Positions 10,951-18,560 of a stretch of DNA of 54,558 bases are shown here, piece after piece (position 1 is the first letter of the stretch; each line of letters begins with the position of its first letter). Source of the stretch: Candidatus Aenigmatarchaeota archaeon (GTDB lineage Archaea; Aenigmatarchaeota; Aenigmatarchaeia; Aenigmatarchaeales; DAIDAN01); the NCBI GenBank assembly GCA_049303335.1, contig JBAQNA010000004.1, forward strand, positions 1 through 54,558, read 5' to 3'. The position numbers and the translations under genes were made by a program. Below the pieces are notes generated by a model that searched no databases, was not told the origin of the DNA, and saw nothing but the letters and a program-made list of their open reading frames with translations.

Positions 10951-12212
10951 ACTCTTACCTCTCCAGACATCAGTTTCGGAAGGAGCGCATCACGTATTTT
11001 TGATAAATTACTATTCTGTATCAAATTATTATAAGTTTTGTCTATAATACTCTTGATAATTTTGTTAAATTCATTTAGAGTTTCATCTAAAGGCAAAACA
11101 AATTTCATATTTTTTAAAGTCTCTTGATTAACACTCTGCAATGTTGTTCCAACTGCAAAATTTGATAAATTTTCTTTTAGTCTTTGTATAATTAGAAAGA
11201 AATACAAATAATTATCGGTATTATTTAGCCTGTAACGAATACTAAATCCAGAATAAATTACTTTATCTAAATTTCCAAGAACCAGAGAAGTCTCACCAGG
11301 ACTTGCACTTCTCGCAATTAAGATATCTTTATCATTCAATAAATAATCTTCTGCTTTCTTTAAGTTAATCTTTATTCTACTTAAAGAACCCTTTAAGAGA
11401 AGTTTATTATTTGCAATATCTCGAACATTTGCAATAAAAAACTCAGTATCGCCGTTTTCATCTCTCAAATAATTTATTCCATTTTTGAACGTGCCATAAT
11501 CACCCAGCGTTCCAACCATCCACCCCTTCGGCACCTCCCCAAGCTCCGTCTCCACCATCTCCCCGCCGTTCGACCTGTACGGCTTGCCCTTCCCATTCGG
11601 GAACTCAAAATCAACGAACCAATGCTTGAAAAGTGCCTGCCCGATGGCTTCAAAGGTGGAGTTCATGGCGCGGTTGAGGGCGATTTTGTCGTCCAAAGAG
11701 TTGAGAATGGAGGCGATGGCGCGCTGTTCTTGTATTGGAGGAATATTTACTTCATAACTCATAATTGCATTTTTGTCGCCTCTTGGCATTTTGGTGCCTT
11801 TTGAAGTTAAAACAGTAAATTCAAAGAATCGATCTTGAGAAAGAAAATAATAGAGATATTTATTATTTAATGATGATTTGGTTCTGATAACTAATACATC
11901 ATTTGAGCACCCGCCTTCAAATTTAGATAGCCATAATTTTTTGAAATAAGTTCGAATATTCGAAAACAAAATATCTCCTTCTTTGAAGCATGATACTTTT
12001 CCCGTTTGAGGTAATGATGAAGCGATAGTAATACCGCCTTTATCGGGGAGCATATTTTCAGTAGAAATAAAGTTGTTTAAATTGACTTCATCAATATTTA
12101 TCTTTTCAGAAATGTATGAAGCAACATCTCTAAGTTTTACAACTTCCCAATCTTCAGGAATCTTTCCTATTTCAGTTTGCTTGAATTTATTGCTTTTTAT
12201 CATAATAATCAT
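10947..12212 (-). CDS. hsdS: type I restriction-modification specificity subunit (HsdS)
   Basis: Two TRDs are each preceded by a P(E/K)xW motif (IPEDWEVVKL, VPKGWMVGTL). Central conserved region is PPIQEQRAIASILNSLDDKIALN. The C-terminal conserved helix ends LLPKLMSGEV. Confidence 0.9.
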   Translation of the reverse strand: MIIMIKSNKFKQTEIGKIPEDWEVVKLRDVASYISEKINIDEVNLNNFISTENMLPDKGGITIASSLPQTGKVSCFKEGDILFSNIRTYFKKLWLSKFEGGCSNDVLVIRTKSSLNNKYLYYFLSQDRFFEFTVLTSKGTKMPRGDKNAIMSYEVNIPPIQEQRAIASILNSLDDKIALNRAMNSTFEAIGQALFKHWFVDFEFPNGKGKPYRSNGGEMVETELGEVPKGWMVGTLGDYGTFKNGINYLRDENGDTEFFIANVRDIANNKLLLKGSLSRIKINLKKAEDYLLNDKDILIARSASPGETSLVLGNLDKVIYSGFSIRYRLNNTDNYLYFFLIIQRLKENLSNFAVGTTLQSVNQETLKNMKFVLPLDETLNEFNKIIKSIIDKTYNNLIQNSNLSKIRDALLPKLMSGEVRV

Positions 12213-13020
12213 TCAAAGATTTTTTCTTTACTTCTTCATAAGATAAGATTCTTATTTTTTCTATTCTGTCAAGTTTAATATACACTTTGGCTTGTACTTT
12301 AACTCTTTTTCCCAGAAGTTCCTTTATGTCTTCTAAACTAAAATTAAGAATTGCTGGAGCAGAAGTGTTTATTGTTTCAATATGAAACCTAAACTTGTTA
12401 GTATCAATATTTACTGCGGATAAATAGCCTATCAATTCTTGGTCAAGCTCTTCTATTTCTATTTTGTCTTCTTCTTCCTGTATCCGTTTATCTATCTTAT
12501 CTTTATCCTCGAAGCTGATTCTCAATAATTCTTTCTCATCATATAGAAATTTTGCAATGTCTCCTTCTTGTCTTAACGGTTTATGAATATACTTTATTTT
12601 TCTGTGGGCAAGTTTCTTAACAAGCTCTGTGATTATCTCTCCTTGTTTTTCTATTTTCTTAATGAGATTTTCTTCAGTTTTTTTAGATTGAAAGTAGCTA
12701 ATAAAAAACAAAATAAACGTTATTAGATAGCTTCTAAACTCTTCATTTGTAAAAATAATAGATATATATTGCTCAAAACTACCTTTTTTCACAGAAACAT
12801 AAATATCTTGTATATTGTCACTATTGTAAGCAGTTATTCTTCTTTTTGCCAATTCATTAATCACAGTTCTTATCAAGGAATCTATTGCCTCTAATTCATC
12901 GGCTAAGTCGTTAATTTCTATTTTTCCTTCAAAAGAAGGCCCTTCATAAACTATCTTTAATTGTTCTTCTCTGGTCACTTCTTTACCATATAAATTTTTA
13001 TCATGCAACATTTTAATCAT
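12187..13020 (-). CDS. hypothetical protein with one hydrophobic helix and a charged coiled-coil region, embedded in the type I R-M operon
   Basis: 277-aa AT-rich ORF. Hydrophobic segment is YLITFILFFISYF. An acidic or Lys-rich segment is DKIDKRIQEEEDKIEIEELDQE. Its 3' end overlaps the hsdS start by 26 nt. No family recognised. Confidence 0.5.
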   Translation of the reverse strand: MIKMLHDKNLYGKEVTREEQLKIVYEGPSFEGKIEINDLADELEAIDSLIRTVINELAKRRITAYNSDNIQDIYVSVKKGSFEQYISIIFTNEEFRSYLITFILFFISYFQSKKTEENLIKKIEKQGEIITELVKKLAHRKIKYIHKPLRQEGDIAKFLYDEKELLRISFEDKDKIDKRIQEEEDKIEIEELDQELIGYLSAVNIDTNKFRFHIETINTSAPAILNFSLEDIKELLGKRVKVQAKVYIKLDRIEKIRILSYEEVKKKSLNDYYDKKQ

Positions 13021-13044
13021 CTAAATATTGATTAATCTTTTGTT

Positions 13045-14031
13045 CTAAACAACTTTCTTTTCCTCAATATGCTTAAGCAATGCTTCCGACTTATCCAAAA
13101 TATCTTTATATGTGTAGATTTGTATGTGAGAAAATTGATAATTCCATTTATGCAACTTTTTCTTGGCTTCAGGAGAGTTATCTTTGCCAATAATAACAAT
13201 CCCTCTTGGTCTTAACTCTTTAATTCCTTCTTCTTCAGATATTGTAGTGCTATGTGCAGCTCCAATAGATTTTTCTATATAATCGATTAACTGATCAACT
13301 GCCTGTATGACTTTTGCACTTACAGATCCATCTTGATTTATAATCTTATCTGAAAGCAGCTTAATTTCTACAATATCATTTGTTTTATTAAATCTCTCTA
13401 AATAGAAGTCAAATCTGTTTTTAGCGCCTCTCATCTTTTGTGGTTCAGAACTTATGTATTCCGTTCCAAACATCCATGAATTCCTATACAAAAAATCTTG
13501 GAGTTCACTTTCTAATATTTTTCTTTTTTCTACATCTTCTATTTTGTTTTTCAACTCTTGTATGGCTTGACAGAATTCAGAAGAACGATTAATAATCTCC
13601 TTTTCTTCTTGTTCTTTATATCTTTTCAATAAAGTCTCATAGTCAGTTCTTGCTTCTTTATTTGCAGTTTGTAGATTTGAAATCATCTCTTGTTGTCCTC
13701 TTATAGCTTCCTTTAGATTCTTGAAGTCGATTTCAATATCTTTAAATTTCCAACCTAGTTTTTTTGCTATTTTTCTCAATGCAAAAGTCAATTTATCTAA
13801 GTGAAAAGAATCAAATAAGTCGAAACCGGAATTTCTTCGCCAACCATACGGCCTTTTAGATTCCGATATTGCTCTAATAAACTTCTGATTATTAGTTTTA
13901 TTCTTAACACCAAAAACCTTCCCAAGTCTTTTCCCGTCTGAATAAACTTCTTCAGAATCTAATTCTTTATAATATTTCGGATTGAGTAAAGGTTTTCTTT
14001 CATCCTTGTTTATTTCCTTCTTTTCAACCAT
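13045..14031 (-). CDS. Shedu-like (DUF4263 / SduA-type) nuclease-domain protein embedded between hsdM and hsdS
   Basis: Contains LQDFLYRNSWMFGTEY, NRFDFYLERFNKTNDIVEIKLL (D...ExK), QAVDQLIDY, RGIVIIGKD and IQIYTYKDIL. This is the characteristic order of the Shedu nuclease domain. The N-terminal ~180 aa is basic with a coiled-coil. It starts 9 nt after the hsdM stop. Confidence 0.7.
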   Translation of the reverse strand: MVEKKEINKDERKPLLNPKYYKELDSEEVYSDGKRLGKVFGVKNKTNNQKFIRAISESKRPYGWRRNSGFDLFDSFHLDKLTFALRKIAKKLGWKFKDIEIDFKNLKEAIRGQQEMISNLQTANKEARTDYETLLKRYKEQEEKEIINRSSEFCQAIQELKNKIEDVEKRKILESELQDFLYRNSWMFGTEYISSEPQKMRGAKNRFDFYLERFNKTNDIVEIKLLSDKIINQDGSVSAKVIQAVDQLIDYIEKSIGAAHSTTISEEEGIKELRPRGIVIIGKDNSPEAKKKLHKWNYQFSHIQIYTYKDILDKSEALLKHIEEKKVV

Positions 14032-14040
14032 AATAACACC

Positions 14041-15573
14041 TCATATCCCTTTCAGATTCTTTTTTATCTGCACTTCGAGCTCTGCGGATTTTTTGAATTG
14101 TTCCGCAAGTTCATTAGTAAGTTTTTTCATTTTCTCGTCAAACGGCTCGCTATCTTCTGCGGCTTCTTCTGCGCCGACATAGCGGCCAGGGGTAAGGATA
14201 AAACCCTGTTTTATTATCTCCTCCAGCTTCACAACTTTGCAGAATCCCGGAACATCCTTGTATTTGCCGCCTTCGCCGCGCCAAGCGTGGTAAGCGGAAG
14301 ATATCTTTCCAACCTCTTCGTCCGTGAGCTCCCTGTGCCTTCTGTCCACAAGAACTCCCATCTTGCGCGCATCAATAAAGAGAACTTCTCCTCTTCTATC
14401 CCTGAACTTGTGATTCTTCTTATCTCGGGCAACAAACCATAGGCAAGCTGGAATCATTGTGTTGTAAAACAGCTGTGAAGGCAGCGCAACCATGCAATCA
14501 ATCAAATCAGCATCGATAATTTTCTTCCTAATCTCGCCCTCGCCTGAAGTGTTGGAACTCATGGAACCGTTAGCCAAAACAAAACCGGCAATACCGACAG
14601 GAGAAAGATGATGAATGAAATGCTGGACCCAAGCAAAATTAGCGTTTCCGGCAGGAGGAACCCCGAACTTCCATCTTACATCCTCGCGCAAAAGCTCGCC
14701 TTTCCAGTCGCTATCATTGAAGGGAGGATTCGCAAGAATAAAGTCCGCTTTCAAATCCTTGTGCTCGTCATTCAGGAAACTGCCCTCATTATTCCACTTA
14801 ACCATATTGGATTCAATCCCGCGAATAGCAAGATTCATTTTGCAAAGCCTCCATGTTGTCTGGTTTGATTCCTGCCCGTAGATGGAAATGCTTCCAATCC
14901 TTCCACCATGCGCCTGAACGAATTTTTCGCTCTGCACGAACATCCCGCCGGAACCGCAGCAGGGGTCAAAAACCCTTCCCTTGTATGGTTCAAGCATCTC
15001 AGTAAGAACCTTTACGATAGAACGCGGCGTATAAAACTGCCCGCCGCTTTTGCCCTCGGCATCCGCAAACCTGCCGATGAAATATTCATAAACCCTTCCA
15101 AGAATATCCTTTGATTTGCTTTCATAATCCCCGAGGCTGATTGTTCCAATAAGGTCAATCAACTCTCCAAGCCTTTGCTTGTCAAGCGCGGGACGCGCAT
15201 AATTCTTTGGAAGAACCCCTTTCAGAGAAGCATTATCCTTCTCGATTGCATCCATTGCATCGTCAATAAGCTTGCCTATAATTGATTGTTTAGCATTCTT
15301 TTGGAGATAGCTCCATCGCGCGGCTTTCGGAACATAGAAAACATTCTCAGCCAGATATTCATCAGGCTCTTCCGGCTCCGCGGCCGGTTCCTTGACAAGA
15401 AATTTATGTCTCTCCTCGAAAGCGTCTGAAATGTATTTTAGAAAAATCAGTCCAAGGACAACATGCTTGTACTCGGCGGCATCCATATTATTTCTCATCT
15501 TGTCCGCCGCCTGCCAGAGTTTTTGCTCAAACCCGAGATTCGCCCCGTTTCCGTTAGCTTCGTGCTTTTGCAT
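14041..15573 (-). CDS. hsdM: type I restriction-modification N6-adenine DNA methyltransferase subunit (HsdM)
   Basis: [13 protein letters not shown] motif [10 protein letters not shown] and catalytic motif IV ANPPFN. N-terminal HsdM_N-like helix ([10 protein letters not shown]). Confidence 0.95.
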   Translation of the reverse strand: MQKHEANGNGANLGFEQKLWQAADKMRNNMDAAEYKHVVLGLIFLKYISDAFEERHKFLVKEPAAEPEEPDEYLAENVFYVPKAARWSYLQKNAKQSIIGKLIDDAMDAIEKDNASLKGVLPKNYARPALDKQRLGELIDLIGTISLGDYESKSKDILGRVYEYFIGRFADAEGKSGGQFYTPRSIVKVLTEMLEPYKGRVFDPCCGSGGMFVQSEKFVQAHGGRIGSISIYGQESNQTTWRLCKMNLAIRGIESNMVKWNNEGSFLNDEHKDLKADFILANPPFNDSDWKGELLREDVRWKFGVPPAGNANFAWVQHFIHHLSPVGIAGFVLANGSMSSNTSGEGEIRKKIIDADLIDCMVALPSQLFYNTMIPACLWFVARDKKNHKFRDRRGEVLFIDARKMGVLVDRRHRELTDEEVGKISSAYHAWRGEGGKYKDVPGFCKVVKLEEIIKQGFILTPGRYVGAEEAAEDSEPFDEKMKKLTNELAEQFKKSAELEVQIKKNLKGI

Positions 15574-15594
15574 GATGATAGATATTATCGCAAC

Positions 15595-15603
15595 TTTATA
15601 AAA
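15595..15603. promoter_or_regulatory. single near-palindromic TATA element (tttataaaa), apparently shared by divergent genes
   Basis: The centre (15599) lies 26 nt from the hsdM ATG (15573, minus strand) and 26 nt from the ATG at 15625 (plus strand). Confidence 0.5.
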
Positions 15604-15624
15604 TCCTGTTCTTTATAGTAAAGT

Positions 15625-15918
15625 ATGTTAGAACAAGAGTTAACGATGGACTGCCCTTTCTGCGAGAAGGCAAAGATTAAGGTCAGGCACAAGCCTTCTG
15701 TAATATCAACGAAAACAACACGCACCGCAACTATGGGTGCGGTTCGCGGCTATCATCAATCAAAAGAGGTTTATGAAGTTCTGGATGACTGCTCGAACTG
15801 TGGAAAGACGAAAGAAGAAATAAAGAAACGATTGATAGAAGGAAAGCCTATGGATAGAGAAGCTGTGCTGAAGCGAATGCGAGATATGGGCTTAGACCCT
15901 GCCAAAATTAGATTATAA
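15625..15918 (+). CDS. small zinc-ribbon protein, function unknown
   Basis: CPFC...CSNC pairs in a 97-aa ORF. The stop codon lies inside the IS target-site duplication. Confidence 0.5.
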   Translation: MLEQELTMDCPFCEKAKIKVRHKPSVISTKTTRTATMGAVRGYHQSKEVYEVLDDCSNCGKTKEEIKKRLIEGKPMDREAVLKRMRDMGLDPAKIRL

Positions 15919-16750
15919 CAGCTTTGTAGAAACCCTCGACAACAATCACCAAACTTCTGTCAATGTTGTGAACAAAGCACATCAATCTTATTTCCTTGAA
16001 CTGGTTCCACCAGTTCTTTGAAGAAACATAATCCGCATATTTTCTTTTCAGCATTGAATTGACAGTCTCGCTGAACGCTCTTTTGTTGTATTCATCTTTG
16101 TCAAGCCTTGCATTATTGGCTTTGTCAATATTCTTGAATTCCCTATGAGGAATCAACGGTCTTATTCCTCTGTCTCTGAGAATATCCCTGACTTTCCTGT
16201 CGTCATAACCTTTGTCAGCTCTCAATGAATCAATGTCATATTTCTCTGTCAACGGAAGTATTATCTTGGAATCATGTTTCCTTGTTGTTGTGGCATGCAC
16301 ATCAACAATCCTGAGATTTTCCACATTGACAAGCAATGTGACCTTCAGCGAGCGCAATGTCATCTTTGCGCGCTTTACATAGTGTTTTGAGGCATATCTC
16401 CTGTCAAAGCCCGTCGCGTCAATGGAGCAGTCCTTTGCTTCCCCTGCGCTAAGGTATAGCAATATCATGAAAATAGAATTTCTCATCCTGAGAAATGCCT
16501 TGTCCAGCGTTGTGAAATGCGGAAGCTTTTCTAATCCCAATAACTTGCATATCTCGGTCATTTCAGAAAGCAAATCACAAAAATCCCTGAACTTCTGCTT
16601 TGTCCTTACCTTGAGGCAAAGCATTGCGCAATGCTGGTGCAGTGTGAAATCCTTCCTTGAGAACTTGCTTGAATATTCAGGCATCGATTTCTTTGCTATT
16701 CCAAGAACGGCAGAAGTAAACTTTTTAAGTCTGGACTCGGAATTCATCAT
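15908..16750 (-). CDS. DDE transposase (IS4/IS5 superfamily)
   Basis: 280 aa. ADKGYDD motif typical of IS5-type DDE transposases. The ORF reads through the left IR and stops 12 nt outside the element. Confidence 0.8.
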   Translation of the reverse strand: MMNSESRLKKFTSAVLGIAKKSMPEYSSKFSRKDFTLHQHCAMLCLKVRTKQKFRDFCDLLSEMTEICKLLGLEKLPHFTTLDKAFLRMRNSIFMILLYLSAGEAKDCSIDATGFDRRYASKHYVKRAKMTLRSLKVTLLVNVENLRIVDVHATTTRKHDSKIILPLTEKYDIDSLRADKGYDDRKVRDILRDRGIRPLIPHREFKNIDKANNARLDKDEYNKRAFSETVNSMLKRKYADYVSSKNWWNQFKEIRLMCFVHNIDRSLVIVVEGFYKAVII

Positions 16751-16823
16751 AGAGCATCACCTTACTTGTATTCGTCATACAGTAAAGTGGTGTTCTACTA
16801 AATTATAGGGTTTCTACAGAGCC
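15920..16823 (-). mobile_element. IS5-family-like insertion sequence (904 bp) with imperfect terminal inverted repeats and 8-bp target-site duplication
   Basis: Left end is agctttgtagaaaccct (15920-15936). The reverse complement of the right end (16807-16823) is ggctctgtagaaaccct, a 15/17 match. Direct repeat attataac sits at 15912-15919 and 16824-16831. Confidence 0.8.
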
Positions 16824-16861
16824 ATTATAACTTATATTTTTCTCACTACATTTCGCAAGAA

Positions 16862-17044
16862 ATCGCCTCGTTCTGCGTGATTGCTCGGCTCGCTCATGCA
16901 CGGAAACTTCGTTTCCGGCATGCCAAAAATGCGCAGCATTTTTGTGCATAATGGTGTTTCTGTTATATTACACGCTCGTTCCTCGCTAAGGAACAGAAAA
17001 CCTTATGGCTCGCCTGCGCCTCTGGAAGGGAAAAACGAGGCGAT
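16862..17044. repeat. structured intergenic element bounded by an 11-bp perfect inverted repeat, containing two tandem perfect hairpins
   Basis: atcgcctcgtt (16862-16872) pairs with aacgaggcgat (17034-17044). Hairpin 1 is 16895-16922 (12-bp stem with one bulged A, loop ttc). Hairpin 2 is 16924-16944 (9-bp perfect stem caaaaatgc/gcatttttg, loop gca). Confidence 0.45.
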
Positions 17045-17047
17045 AAC

Positions 17048-17221
17048 ATGATGCGAAATGAAAGCGAAAAGACGATATGGAATGAATTTGAGGAACGGCT
17101 TTTGGATTCGGAAGAGTTGTCGGATAAAGAGGTTTGGGAAAGAATTTACGGCAGGAACGCAAAGCCTTTTGATTGGAGAAAATCAAATATTGAGATAGAA
17201 AGCCCGTTAAGAGGTTTTTGA
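17048..17221 (+). CDS. possible small acidic protein (57 aa), translationally coupled to the next gene
   Basis: ATG at 17048 and TGA at 17219-17221, 1 nt before the ATG at 17223. Translation is MMRNESEKTIWNEFEERLLDSEELSDKEVWERIYGRNAKPFDWRKSNIEIESPLRGF. It falls below the ORF-track length cut-off. Confidence 0.3.
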   Translation: MMRNESEKTIWNEFEERLLDSEELSDKEVWERIYGRNAKPFDWRKSNIEIESPLRGF

Positions 17222-17222
17222 T

Positions 17223-18560
17223 ATGGAAAAAGAAACATACGATTTTGACCTCTTTGCGCTTCATGATGAAAGCAGAGATAATACTTCCAGAAAGTTCATC
17301 ATGTGCACAGGAAAGAATGTGAAATCAGAACTCAGAAAACACATAACAAAAATAGTCGGCAACGGAATATCCAGATACAAGCTGCATCTTATGCTGCAAA
17401 AGAAACTAAAAATCTCATCTGCAAACGCGCAAAGGCTTGTTTATTTGAGAAGAGATTGGTATCCGTTGGTTTTCGTTAAAGAAATATTGAATATGGCAAG
17501 TGCATCTGAAAAAGAATTTCAAGAGCATATAGAATTCTTGAAGTGCAATCAGCCTCCAGTAAGGGTTGTCAAGGCTGTAAAGAAATTATCAGAAAACTTA
17601 TGCAAAGTAGCTGGCGCTCATGCGGCAGATGGAACAATGCTTGATTCGTATATATGCATCACAGACGAGCATAAAGCTAATATAGAATCATTTAAAAATT
17701 GGATAGAGAACGAGTTTCAAATAAAACTGTCTCCTGTTATAAAAGTAAAGAATAGTAACGAGTGGAAATTACCTTTCCACAATAAAATAATAACAAGGTA
17801 TTTTAACAGATTTTTCGGTTTTCCTTCCGGAAAAAAGGTATACGCAGTCAAAGAGCCTGAAATAATAAAGAACAGTACTCTAAATTTCAGAAAAGCTTTT
17901 GTATTGGGGGCTTTGACATTTGAAGCAGGTGTAGGAATAAAACATCAAGTTGAGTTTTGCGTATCCAGCAAAGCATTCAGAGATTCCATGACTGAAATAC
18001 TGAACCTATCTGGCGTAAAGATAAAAGTTATGGACAGAATTAGCGGTACTTACTGGAGATTTTGGAGCAATAGTTTAACAAAAGAAGATGCTGAGAAATG
18101 GCTACAATTCTTCGAGCCATATACGGAAAAATGGTTTAAGTTATACGAATATGTAAATGGGTTTCAAGGAAAGATAACGCAAACAAATGACGCCATAAAA
18201 TCATTAGATTATGTTTTTGGAACAAAATCTTCCAGCAAAGTATGCATCAAGGACATCATAAACATTTTATTGAATCTAAAGGAGTCATACAGATATGATT
18301 TGGTTGAACGCCTCGCAAAATTAAATAGTCTGGACAGCTATGGCGGAAAATGGGCGCATTCTATATCTCATTACATAAATATCTTGGAAAGGAGCAACAT
18401 AATAAGAAAAGAGAAAAGAAGGTTTGATAAAAAGAAATCATTCGGAACCATTGTCCGAGATGTTTACATCTTGAATGAAGATATAGAATCTTGGAGAGTG
18501 CCATATAGGTCATGTTTGGAAAGCGAAATAAAATACAGCAATCTACAAGAAATCAAATAG
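17223..18560 (+). CDS. free-standing LAGLIDADG-like (double-motif) protein with N- and C-terminal helical/HTH-like regions
   Basis: Two LAGLIDADG-like motifs about 100 aa apart: LCKVAGAHAADGTM and RKAFVLGALTFEAGVG. The spacing and surrounding pattern (ITRYFNRFFGFPSGKK...) resemble homing-endonuclease folds. Confidence 0.45.
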   Translation: MEKETYDFDLFALHDESRDNTSRKFIMCTGKNVKSELRKHITKIVGNGISRYKLHLMLQKKLKISSANAQRLVYLRRDWYPLVFVKEILNMASASEKEFQEHIEFLKCNQPPVRVVKAVKKLSENLCKVAGAHAADGTMLDSYICITDEHKANIESFKNWIENEFQIKLSPVIKVKNSNEWKLPFHNKIITRYFNRFFGFPSGKKVYAVKEPEIIKNSTLNFRKAFVLGALTFEAGVGIKHQVEFCVSSKAFRDSMTEILNLSGVKIKVMDRISGTYWRFWSNSLTKEDAEKWLQFFEPYTEKWFKLYEYVNGFQGKITQTNDAIKSLDYVFGTKSSSKVCIKDIINILLNLKESYRYDLVERLAKLNSLDSYGGKWAHSISHYINILERSNIIRKEKRRFDKKKSFGTIVRDVYILNEDIESWRVPYRSCLESEIKYSNLQEIK

